A DNA stretch of 64,000 bases, from the NCBI GenBank assembly GCA_040954595.2, contig CM082578.2:15236998-15300997 (forward strand), in the 5' to 3' direction. The notes below the pieces were generated by a model, which worked only from the letters and a program-made list of their open reading frames with translations, did no database searches and was not told the DNA's origin. The translations under genes and the position numbers were made by a program. Positions 1-13,000 of this stretch are shown here, piece after piece; the first letter of the stretch is position 1; every line of letters begins with the position of its first letter. Origin of the DNA: Balanoglossus misakiensis (Eukaryota; Animalia; Hemichordata).

Positions 1-45
1 TTGAACATCATTGTCTAATTCGTGATAAACGCTTTCTTCATTTAG

Positions 46-165
46 GAGAGCGAACTGCCGACCGATGAAACGCTCAACGACTTACTGCAGACACAAACCA
101 GCTGGGCACAGTACCGAAAGGACGTTGTACAAATGAAACTACGCGAGAAAGATCGGCCGAGATGA
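46..165 (+). CDS. Probable terminal coding exon of a gene starting upstream of the window (ESELPTDETLNDLLQTQTSWAQYRKDVVQMKLREKDRPR*); product not recognised
   Basis: Pyrimidine tract and acceptor (ctttcttcatttAG, AG at 44-45). 39 stop-free, GC-richer codons end at TGA 163-165. An AT-rich 3'UTR-like region follows, with ATTAAA at 561-566 and 846-851. Confidence 0.5.
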   Translation, partial: ESELPTDETLNDLLQTQTSWAQYRKDVVQMKLREKDRPR

Positions 166-183
166 CGAACCGCTGAGTTCACT

Positions 184-316
184 TGAATGAATGATTGAAT
201 GAATGAATGAATGAATGAATGAATGAATGAATGAATGAATGAATGAATGAATGAATGAATGAATGAATGAATGAATGAATGAACGAACGGACGAACGGGG
301 GGGAGGGAGGGAGGGA
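184..316. repeat. (GAAT)n microsatellite grading into GAAC/GGAC and (GGGA)n
   Basis: Directly visible; about 24 GAAT units. Confidence 0.97.
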
Positions 317-875
317 GAAGGACGATAAGACGAATGACCCTGAAGGAAAAATCAATGCCTCGACCTGATGAAGTACATATAGAAACTTAGATTGTATTAC
401 CTCACAATCGGATAATGACTTTTCATTTACAGTATCAATTGATTACATGGACAAGTCAGATTTAATTATCGATGCAAGCTTAGTTATCCTTTCCACTAAT
501 TTACCTTAAATATTTCACCTTTGGAAAAACGCATACATTTTACAGTTGGTAACTTTCATAATTAAAATTACATTGAATGTTTGTAAAATTTTTAAATTGA
601 TTTAGTATTTAACATAGTGCATAAAAAATCAAATTTTGATAATTACATTTACATGTGTATAATATTATATTTATTTTAAAAGTGTTTTCTAGTTGGTTAC
701 GGTTGTGCGTATTGCAGAATTAAGCCCTATTATGAAGATATTTGTATGATGTTTCATGAAATATAAAATGAATGGCATTGAAATTGATGTTGAATGTATT
801 TTGAGTTTGCCACCATTGTACATAAACATCACCACGGTAAAAGATATTAAAAGGGCACTTGATTATTAAGTCATT

Positions 876-924
876 TGTGTGTGTGTGTCTGTCTGTGTGT
901 GTGTCTGTGTGTGTGTATCTATGT
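876..924. repeat. Compound (GT)n/(GTCT)n microsatellite at the left boundary of the array
   Basis: Directly visible. Confidence 0.95.
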
Positions 925-965
925 AAAATTCACAAAGTCGGATATTTGTCATTTGTTGACTTTTA

Positions 966-1061
966 TCAAAAATCGGCCAAATTTAGAAATTTCCCAAAGT
1001 CGAAAAATGGTCATGACAATTTTTCGACTTTGCGGAATTTCAAAATTTGGTCAATTTTTGA
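966..1061. repeat. Spacer-less inverted repeat (foldback): an inverted partial monomer abutting the first monomer
   Basis: 966-1013 is the reverse complement of 1014-1061 at 42/48 positions, centred on TCATGA (1011-1016). Confidence 0.95.
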
Positions 1062-4000
1062 AAAAATCATGGGTTATAGCTCATGAAAATCATCAGAAAA
1101 TGACAATTTTTCGACTTTGCGGAATTTCAAAATTTGGTCGATTTTTGAAAAAATCATGGGTTATAGCTCATGAAAATCATCAGAAAATGACAATTTTTCG
1201 ACTTTGCGGAATTTCAAAATTTGGTCGATTTTTGAAAAAATCATGGGTTATAGCTCATGAAAATCATCAGAAAATGACAATTTTTCGACTTTGCGGAATT
1301 TCAAAATTTGGTCGATTTTTGAAAAAATCATGGGTTATAGCTCATGAAAATCATCAGAAAATGACAATTTTTCGACTTTGCGGAATTTCAAAATTTGGTC
1401 GATTTTTGAAAAAATCATGGGTTATAGCTCATGAAAATCATCAGAAAATGACAATTTTTCGACTTTGCGGAATTTCAAAATTTGGTCGATTTTTGAAAAA
1501 ATCATGGGTTATAGCTCATGAAAATCATCAGAAAATGACAATTTTTCGACTTTGCGGAATTTCAAAATTTGGTCGATTTTTGAAAAAATCATGGGTTATA
1601 GCTCATGAAAATCATCAGGAAATGACAATTTTTCGACTTTGCGGAATTTCAAAATTTGGTCGATTTTTGAAAAAATCATGGGTTATAGCTCATGAAAATC
1701 ATCAGGAAATGACAATTTTTCGACTTTGCGGAATTTCAAAATTTGGTCGATTTTTGAAAAAATCATGGGTTATAGCTCATGAAAATCATCAGGAAATGAC
1801 AATTTTTCGACTTTGCGGAATTTCAAAATTTGGTCGATTTTTGAAAAAATCATGGGTTATAGCTCATGAAAATCATCAGAAAATGACAATTTTTCGACTT
1901 TGCGGAATTTCAAAATTTGGTCGATTTTTGAAAAAATCATGGGTTATAGCTCATGAAAATCATCAGAAAATGACAATTTTTCGACTTTGCGGAATTTCAA
2001 AATTTGGTCGATTTTTGAAAAAATCATGGGTTATAGCTCATGAAAATCATCAGAAAATGACAATTTTTCGACTTTGCGGAATTTCAAAATTTGGTCGATT
2101 TTTGAAAAAATCATGGGTTATAGCTCATGAAAATCATCCGAAAATGACAATTTTTCGACTTTGCGGAATTTCAAAATTTGGTCGATTTTTGAAAAAATCA
2201 TGGGTTATAGCTCATGAAAATCATCAGAAAATGACAATTTTTCGACTTTGCGGAATTTCAAAATTTGGTCGATTTTTGAAAAAATCATGGGTTATAGCTC
2301 ATGAAAATCATCAGAAAATGACAATTTTTCGACTTTGCGGAATTTCAAAATTTGGTCGATTTTTGAAAAAATCATGGGTTATAGCTCATGAAAATCATCA
2401 GAAAATGACAATTTTTCGACTTTGCGGAATTTCAAAATTTGGTCGATTTTTGAAAAAATCATGGGTTATAGCTCATGAAAATCATCAGAAAATGACAATT
2501 TTTCGACTTTGCGGAATTTCAAAATTTGGTCGATTTTTGAAAAAATCATGGGTTATAGCTCATGAAAATCATCAGAAAATGACAATTTTTCGACTTTGCG
2601 GAATTTCAAAATTTGGTCGATTTTTGAAAAAATCATGGGTTATAGCTCATGAAAATCATCAGAAAATGACAATTTTTCGACTTTGCGGAATTTCAAAATT
2701 TGGTCGATTTTTGAAAAAATCATGGGTTATAGCTCATGAAAATCATCAGAAAATGACAATTTTTCGACTTTGCGGAATTTCAAAATTTGGTCGATTTTTG
2801 AAAAAATTATGGGTTATAGCTCATGAAAATCATCAGAAAATGACAATTTTTCGACTTTGCGGAATTTCAAAATTTGGTCGATTTTTGAAAAAATCATGGG
2901 TTATAGCTCATGAAAATCATCAGAAAATGACAATTTTTCGACTTTGCGGAATTTCAAAATTTGGTCGATTTTTGAAAAAATCATGGGTTATAGCTCATGA
3001 AAATCATCAGAAAATGACAATTTTTCGACTTTGCGGAATTTCAAAATTTGGTCGATTTTTGAAAAAATCATGGGTTATAGCTCATGAAAATCATCAGAAA
3101 ATGACAATTTTTCGACTTTGCGGAATTTCAAAATTTGGTCGATTTTTGAAAAAATCATGGGTTATAGCTCATGAAAATCATCAGAAAATGACAATTTTTC
3201 GACTTTGCGGAATTTCAAAATTTGGTCGATTTTTGAAAAAATCATGGGTTATAGCTCATGAAAATCATCAGAAAATGACAATTTTTCGACTTTGCGGAAT
3301 TTCAAAATTTGGTCGATTTTTGAAAAAATCATGGGTTATAGCTCATGAAAATCATCAGAAAATGACAATTTTTCGACTTTGGGGAATTTCAAAATTTGGT
3401 CGATTTTTGAAAAAATCATGGGTTATAGCTCATGAAAATCATCAGAAAATGACAATTTTTCGACTTTGCGGAATTTCAAAATTTGGTCGATTTTTGAAAA
3501 AATCATGGGTTATAGCTCATGAAAATCATCAGAAAATGACAATTTTTCGACTTTGCGGTATTTCAAAATTTGGTCGATTTTTGAAAAAATCATGGGTTAT
3601 AGCTCATGAAAATCATCAGAAAATGACAATTTTTCGACTTTGCGGAATTTCAAAATTTGGTCGATTTTTGAAAAAATCATGGGTTATAGCTCATGAAAAT
3701 CATCAGAAAATGACAATTTTTCGACTTTGCGGAATTTCAAAATTTGGTCGATTTTTGAAAAAATCATGGGTTATAGCTCATGAAAATCATCAGAAAATGA
3801 CAATTTTTCGACTTTGCGGAATTTCAAAATTTGGTCGATTTTTGAAAAAATCATGGGTTATAGCTCATGAAAATCATCAGAAAATGACAATTTTTCGACT
3901 TTGCGGAATTTCAAAATTTGGTCGATTTTTGAAAAAATCATGGGTTATAGCTCATGAAAATCATCAGAAAATGACAATTTTTCGACTTTGCGGAATTTCA

Positions 4001-7000
4001 AAATTTGGTCGATTTTTGAAAAAATCATGGGTTATAGCTCATGAAAATCATCAGAAAATGACAATTTTTCGACTTTGCGGAATTTCAAAATTTGGTCGAT
4101 TTTTGAAAAAATCATGGGTTATAGCTCATGAAAATCATCAGAAAATGACAATTTTTCGACTTTGCGGAATTTCAAAATTTGGTCGATTTTTGAAAAAATC
4201 ATGGGTTATAGCTCATGAAAATCATCAGAAAATGACAATTTTTCGACTTTGCGGAATTTCAAAATTTGGTCGATTTTTGAAAAAATCATGGGTTATAGCT
4301 CATGAAAATCATCAGAAAATGACAATTTTTCGACTTTGCGGAATTTCAAAATTTGGTCGATTTTTGAAAAAATCATGGGTTATAGCTCATGAAAATCATC
4401 AGAAAATGACAATTTTTCGACTTTGCGGAATTTCAAAATTTGGTCGATTTTTGAAAAAATCATGGGTTATAGCTCATGAAAATCATCAGAAAATGACAAT
4501 TTTTCGACTTTGCGGAATTTCAAAATTTGGTCGATTTTTGAAAAAATCATGGGTTATAGCTCATGAAAATCATCAGAAAATGACAATTTTTCGACTTTGC
4601 GGAATTTCAAAATTTGGTCGATTTTTGAAAAAATCATGGGTTATAGCTCATGAAAATCATCAGAAAATGACAATTTTTCGACTTTGCGGAATTTCAAAAT
4701 TTGGTCGATTTTTGAAAAAATCATGGGTTATAGCTCATGAAAATCATCAGAAAATGACAATTTTTCGACTTTGCGGAATTTCAAAATTTGGTCGATTTTT
4801 GAAAAAATCATGGGTTATAGCTCATGAAAATCATCAGAAAATGACAATTTTTCGACTTTGCGGAATTTCAAAATTTGGTCGATTTTTGAAAAAATCATGG
4901 GTTATAGCCCATGAAAATCATCAGAAAATGACAATTTTTCGACTTTGCGGAATTTCAAAATTTGGTCGATTTTTGAAAAAATCATGGGTTATAGCCCATG
5001 AAAATCATCAGAAAATGACAATTTTTCGACTTTGCGGAATTTCAAAATTTGGTCGATTTTTGAAAAAATCATGGGTTATAGCTCATGAAAATCATCAGAA
5101 AATGACAATTTTTCGACTTTGCGGAATTTCAAAATTTGGTCGATTTTTGAAAAAATCATGGGTTATAGCTCATGAAAATCATCAGAAAATGACAATTTTT
5201 CGACTTTGCGGTATTTCAAAATTTGGTCGATTTTTGAAAAAATCATGGGTTATAGCTCATGAAAATCATCAGAAAATGACAATTTTTCGACTTTGCGGAA
5301 TTTCAAAATTTGGTCGATTTTTGAAAAAATCATGGGTTATAGCTCATGAAAATCATCAGAAAATGACAATTTTTCGACTTTGCGGAATTTCAAAATTTGG
5401 TCGATTTTTGAAAAAATCATGGGTTATAGCTCATGAAAATCATCAGAAAATGACAATTTTTCGACTTTGCGGTATTTCAAAATTTGGTCGATTTTTGAAA
5501 AAATCATGGGTTATAGCTCATGAAAATCATCAGAAAATGACAATTTTTCGACTTTGCGGAATTTCAAAATTTGGTCGATTTTTGAAAAAATCATGGGTTA
5601 TAGCTCATGAAAATCATCAGAAAATGACAATTTTTCGACTTTGCGGAATTTCAAAATTTGGTCGATTTTTGAAAAAATCATGGGTTATAGCTCATGAAAA
5701 TCATCAGAAAATGACAATTTTTCGACTTTGCGGAATTTCAAAATTTGGTCGATTTTTGAAAAAATCATGGGTTATAGCTCATGAAAATCATCAGAAAATG
5801 ACAATTTTTCGACTTTGCGGAATTTCAAAATTTGGTCGATTTTTGAAAAAATCATGGGTTATAGCTCATGAAAATCATCAGAAAATGACAATTTTTCGAC
5901 TTTGCGGAATTTCAAAATTTGGTCGATTTTTGAAAAAATCATGGGTTATAGCTCATGAAAATCATCAGAAAATGACAATTTTTCGACTTTGCGGAATTTC
6001 AAAATTTGGTCGATTTTTGAAAAAATCATGGGTTATAGCTCATGAAAATCATCAGAAAATGACAATTTTTCGACTTTGCGGAATTTCAAAATTTGGTCGA
6101 TTTTTGAAAAAATCATGGGTTATAGCTCATGAAAATCATCAGAAAATGACAATTTTTCGACTTTGCGGAATTTCAAAATTTGGTCGATTTTTGAAAAAAT
6201 CATGGGTTATAGCTCATGAAAATCATCAGAAAATGACAATTTTTCGACTTTGCGGAATTTCAAAATTTGGTCGATTTTTGAAAAAATCATGGGTTATAGC
6301 TCATGAAAATCATCAGAAAATGACAATTTTTCGACTTTGCGGAATTTCAAAATTTGGTCGATTTTTGAAAAAATCATGGGTTATAGCTCATGAAAATCAT
6401 CAGAAAATGACAATTTTTCGACTTTGCGGAATTTCAAAATTTGGTCGATTTTTGAAAAAATCATGGGTTATAGCTCATGAAAATCATCAGAAAATGACAA
6501 TTTTTCGACTTTGCGGAATTTCAAAATTTGGTCGATTTTTGAAAAAATCATGGGTTATAGCTCATGAAAATCATCAGAAAATGACAATTTTTCGACTTTG
6601 CGGAATTTCAAAATTTGGTCGATTTTTGAAAAAATCATGGGTTATAGCTCATGAAAATCATCAGAAAATGACAATTTTTCGACTTTGCGGAATTTCAAAA
6701 TTTGGTCGATTTTTGAAAAAATCATGGGTTATAGCTCATGAAAATCATCAGAAAATGACAATTTTTCGACTTTGCGGAATTTCAAAATTTGGTCGATTTT
6801 TGAAAAAATCATGGGTTATAGCTCATGAAAATCATCAGAAAATGACAATTTTTCGACTTTGCGGAATTTCAAAATTTGGTCGATTTTTGAAAAAATCATG
6901 GGTTATAGCTCATGAAAATCATCAGAAAATGACAATTTTTCGACTTTGCGGAATTTCAAAATTTGGTCGATTTTTGAAAAAATCATGGGTTATAGCTCAT

Positions 7001-10000
7001 GAAAATCATCAGAAAATGACAATTTTTCGACTTTGCGGAATTTCAAAATTTGGTCGATTTTTGAAAAAATCATGGGTTATAGCTCATGAAAATCATCAGA
7101 AAATGACAATTTTTCGACTTTGCGGAATTTCAAAATTTGGTCGATTTTTGAAAAAATCATGGGTTATAGCTCATGAAAATCATCAGAAAATGACAATTTT
7201 TCGACTTTGCGGAATTTCAAAATTTGGTCGATTTTGAAAAAAATCATGGGTTATAGCTCATGAAAATCATCAGAAAATGACAATTTTCGACTTTGCGGAA
7301 TTTCAAAATTTGGTCGATTTTGAAAAAATCATGGGTTATAGCTCATGAAAATCATCAGAAAATGACAATTTTTCGACTTTGCGGAATTTCAAAATTTGGT
7401 CGATTTTTGAAAAAATCATGGGTTATAGCTCATGAAAATCATCAGAAAATGACAATTTTTCGACTTTGCGGAATTTCAAAATTTGGTCGATTTTTGAAAA
7501 AATCATGGGTTATAGCTCATGAAAATCATCAGAAAATGACAATTTTTCGACTTTGCGGAATTTCAAAATTTGGTCGATTTTTGAAAAAATCATGGGTTAT
7601 AGCCCATGAAAATCATCAGAAAATGACAATTTTTCGACTTTGCGGAATTTCAAAATTTGGTCGATTTTTGAAAAAATCATGGGTTATAGCCCATGAAAAT
7701 CATCAGAAAATGACAATTTTTCGACTTTGCGGAATTTCAAAATTTGGTCGATTTTTGAAAAATCATGGGTTATAGCTCATGAAAATCATCAGAAAATGAC
7801 AATTTTTCGACTTTGCGGAATTTCAAAATTTGGTCGATTTTGAAAAAAATCATGGGTTATAGCTCATGAAAATCATCAGAAAATGACAATTTTTCGACTT
7901 TGCGGAATTTCAAAATTTGGTCGATTTTTGAAAAAATCATGGGTTATAGCTCATGAAAATCATCAGAAAATGACAATTTTTCGACTTTGCGGAATTTCAA
8001 AATTTGGTCGATTTTTGAAAAAATCATGGGTTATAGCTCATGAAAATCATCAGAAAATGACAATTTTTCGACTTTGCGGAATTTCAAAATTTGGTCGATT
8101 TTTAAAAAAATCATGGGTTATAGCTCATGAAAATCATCAGAAAATGACAATTTTTCGACTTTGCGGAATTTCAAAATTTGGTCGATTTTTGAAAAAATCA
8201 TGGGTTATAGCTCATGAAAATCATCAGAAAATGACAATTTTTCGACTTTGCGGAATTTCAAAATTTGGTCGATTTTTGAAAAAATCATGGGTTATAGCTC
8301 ATGAAAATCATCAGAAAATGACAATTTTTCGACTTTGCGGAATTTCAAAATTTGGTCGATTTTTGAAAAAATCATGGGTTATAGCTCATGAAAATCATCA
8401 GAAAATGACAATTTTTCGACTTTGCGGAATTTCAAAATTTGGTCGATTTTTGAAAAAATCATGGGTTATAGCTCATGAAAATCATCAGAAAATGACAATT
8501 TTTCGACTTTGCGGAATTTCAAAATTTGGTCGATTTTTAAAAAAATCATGGGTTATAGCTCATGAAAATCATCAGAAAATGACAATTTTTCGACTTTGCG
8601 GAATTTCAAAATTTGGTCGATTTTTGAAAAAATCATGGGTTATAGCTCATGAAAATCATCAGAAAATGACAATTTTTCGACTTTGCGGAATTTCAAAATT
8701 TTGTCGATTTTTGAAAAAATCATGGGTTATAGCTCATGAAAATCATCAGAAAATGACAATTTTTCGACTTTGCGGAATTTCAAAATTTGGTCGATTTTTG
8801 AAAAAATCATGGGTTATAGCTCATGAAAATCATCAGAAAATGACAATTTTTCGACTTTGCGGAATTTCAAAATTTCGTCGATTTTTGAAAAAATCATGGG
8901 TTATAGCTCATGAAAATCATCAGAAAATGACAATTTTTCGACTTTGGGGAATTTCAAAATTTCGTCGATTTTTGAAAAAATCATGGGTTATAGCTCATGA
9001 AAATCATCAGAAAATGACAATTTTTCGACTTTGCGGAATTTCAAAATTTGGTCGATTTTTGAAAAAATCATGGGTTATAGCTCATGAAAATCATCAGAAA
9101 ATGACAATTTTTCGACTTTGCGGAATTTCAAAATTTGGTCGATTTTTGAAAAAATCATGGGTTATAGCTCATGAAAATCATCCGAAAATGACAATTTTTC
9201 GACTTGGCGGAATTTCAAAATTTGGTCGATTTTTGAAAAAATCATGGGTTATAGCTCATGAAAATCATCAGAAAATGACAATTTTTCGACTTTGCGGAAT
9301 TTCAAAATTTGGTCGATTTTTGAAAAAATCATGGGTTATAGATTATGAAAATCATCAGAAAATGACAATTTTTCGACTTTGGGGAATTTCAAAATTTCGT
9401 CGATTTTTGAAAAAATCATGGGTTATAGCTCATGAAAATCATCAGAAAATGACAATTTTTCGACTTTGCGGAATTTCAAAATTTGGTCGATTTTTGAAAA
9501 AATCATGGGTTATAGCTCATGAAAATCATCAGAAAATGACAATTTTTCGACTTTGCGGAATTTCAAAATTTGGTCGATTTTTGAAAAAATCATGGGTTAT
9601 AGCTCATGAAAATCATCAGAAAATGACAATTTTTCGACTTTGGGGAATTTCAAAATTTCGTCGATTTTTGAAAAAATCATGGGTTATAGCTCATGAAAAT
9701 CATCAGAAAATGACAATTTTTCGACTTTGCGGAATTTCAAAATTTGGTCGATTTTTGAAAAAATCATGGGTTATAGCTCATGAAAATCATCAGAAAATGA
9801 CAATTTTTCGACTTTGCGGAATTTCAAAATTTGGTCGATTTTTGAAAAAATCATGGGTTATAGCTCATGAAAATCATCAGAAAATGACAATTTTTCGGAC
9901 TTTGCGGAATTTCAAAATTTGGTCGATTTTTGAAAAAATCATGGGTTATAGCTCATGAAAATCATCAGAAAATGACAATTTTTCGACTTTGCGGAATTTC

Positions 10001-13000
10001 AAAATTTGGTCGATTTTTGAAAAAATCATGGGTTATAGCTCATGAAAATCATCAGAAAATGACAATTTTTCGACTTTGCGGAATTTCAAAATTTGGTCGA
10101 TTTTTGAAAAAATCATGGGTTATAGCTCATGAAAATCATCAGAAAATGACAATTTTTCGACTTTGGGGAATTTCAAAATTTCGTCGATTTTTGAAAAAAT
10201 CATGGGTTATAGCTCATGAAAATCATCAGAAAATGACAATTTTTCGACTTTGGGAATTTCAAAATTTGGTCGATTTTTGAAAAAATCATGGGTTATAGCT
10301 CATGAAAATCATCAGAAAATGACAATTTTTCGACTTTGCGGAATTTCAAAATTTGGTCGATTTTTGAAAAAATCATGGGTTATAGCTCATGAAAATCATC
10401 AGAAAATGACAATTTTTCGACTTTGCGGAATTTCAAAATTTGGTCGATTTTTGAAAAAATCATGGGTTATAGCTCATGAAAATCATCAGAAAATGACAAT
10501 TTTTCGACTTTGCGGGAATTTCAAAATTTCGTCGATTTTTGAAAAAATCATGGGTTATAGCTCATGAAAATCATCAGAAAATGACAATTTTTCGACTTTG
10601 GGGAATTTCAAAATTTCGTCGATTTTTGAAAAAATCATGGGTTATAGCTCATGAAAATCATCAGAAAATGACAATTTTTCGACTTTGGGGAATTTCAAAA
10701 TTTCGTCGATTTTTGAAAAAATCATGGGTTATAGCTCATGAAAATCATCAGAAAATGACAATTTTTCGACTTTGGGGAATTTCAAAATTTCGTCGATTTT
10801 TGAAAAAATCATGGGTTATAGCTCATGAAAATCATCAGAAAATGACAATTTTTCGACTTTGCGGAATTTCAAAATTTGGTCGATTTTTGAAAAAATCATG
10901 GGTTATAGCTCATGAAAATCATCAGAAAATGACAATTTTTCGACTTTGCGGAATTTCAAAATTTGGTCGATTTTTGAAAAAATCATGGGTTATAGCTCAT
11001 GAAAATCATCAGAAAATGACAATTTTTCGACTTTGCGGAATTTCAAAATTTGGTCGATTTTTGAAAAAATCATGGGTTATAGCTCATGAAAATCATCAGA
11101 AAATGACAATTTTTCGACTTTGCGGAATTTCAAAATTTGGTCGATTTTTGAAAAAATCATGGGTTATAGCTCATGAAAATCATCAGAAAATGACAATTTT
11201 TCGACTTTGCGGAATTTCAAAATTTGGTCGATTTTTGAAAAAATCATGGGTTATAGCTCATGAAAATCATCAGAAAATGACAATTTTTCGACTTTGCGGA
11301 ATTTCAAAATTTGGTCGATTTTTGAAAAAATCATGGGTTATAGCTCATGAAAATCATCAGAAAATGACAATTTTTCGACTTTGCGGAATTTCAAAATTTG
11401 GTCGATTTTTGAAAAAATCATGGGTTATAGCTCATGAAAATCATCAGAAAATGACGATTTTTCGACTTTGCGGAATTTCAAAATTTGGTCGATTTTTGAA
11501 AAAATCATGGGTTATAGCTCATGAAAATCATCAGAAAATGACAATTTTTCGACTTTGCGGAATTTCAAAATTTGGTCGATTTTTGAAAAAATCATGGGTT
11601 ATAGCTCATGAAAATCATCCGAAAATGACAATTTTTCGACTTTGCGGAATTTCAAAATTTGGTCGATTTTTGAAAAAATCATGGGTTATAGCTCATGAAA
11701 ATCATCAGAAAATGACAATTTTTCGACTTTGGGGAATTTCAAAATTTCGTCGATTTTTGAAAAAATCATGGGTTATAGCTCATGAAAATCATCAGAAAAT
11801 GACAATTTTTCGACTTTGCGGAATTTCAAAATTTGGTCGATTTTTGAAAAAATCATGGGTTATAGCTCATGAAAATCATCAGAAAATGACAATTTTTCGA
11901 CTTTGCGGAATTTCAAAATTTGGTCGATTTTTGAAAAAATCATGGGTTATAGCTCATGAAAATCATCAGAAAATGACAATTTTTCGACTTTGCGGAATTT
12001 CAAAATTTGGTCGATTTTTGAAAAAATCATGGGTTATAGCTCATGAAAATCATCAGAAAATGACAATTTTTCGACTTTGCGGAATTTCAAAATTTGGTCG
12101 ATTTTTGAAAAAATCATGGGTTATAGCTCATGAAAATCATCAGAAAATGACAATTTTTCGACTTTGCGGAATTTCAAAATTTGGTCGATTTTTGAAAAAA
12201 TCATGGGTTATAGCTCATGAAAATCATCAGAAAATGACAATTTTTCGACTTTGCGGAATTTCAAAATTTGGTCGATTTTTGAAAAAATCATGGGTTATAG
12301 CTCATGAAAATCATCAGAAAATGACAATTTTTCGACTTTGCGGAATTTCAAAATTTGGTCGATTTTTGAAAAAATCATGGGTTATAGCTCATGAAAATCA
12401 TCAGAAAATGACAATTTTTCGACTTTGCGGAATTTCAAAATTTGGTCGATTTTTGAAAAAATCATGGGTTATAGCTCATGAAAATCATCAGAAAATGACA
12501 ATTTTTCGACTTTGCGGAATTTCAAAATTTGGTCGATTTTTGAAAAAATCATGGGTTATAGCTCATGAAAATCATCAGAAAATGACAATTTTTCGACTTT
12601 GCGGAATTTCAAAATTTGGTCGATTTTTGAAAAAATCATGGGTTATAGCTCATGAAAATCATCAGAAAATGACAATTTTTCGACTTTGCGGAATTTCAAA
12701 ATTTGGTCGATTTTTGAAAAAATCATGGGTTATAGCTCATGAAAATCATCAGAAAATGACAATTTTTCGACTTTGCGGAATTTCAAAATTTGGTCGATTT
12801 TTGAAAAAATCATGGGTTATAGCTCATGAAAATCATCAGAAAATGACAATTTTTCGACTTTGGGGAATTTCAAAATTTCGTCGATTTTTGAAAAAATCAT
12901 GGGTTATAGCTCATGAAAATCATCAGAAAATGACAATTTTTCGACTTTGCGGAATTTCAAAATTTGGTCGATTTTTGAAAAAATCATGGGTTATAGCTCA

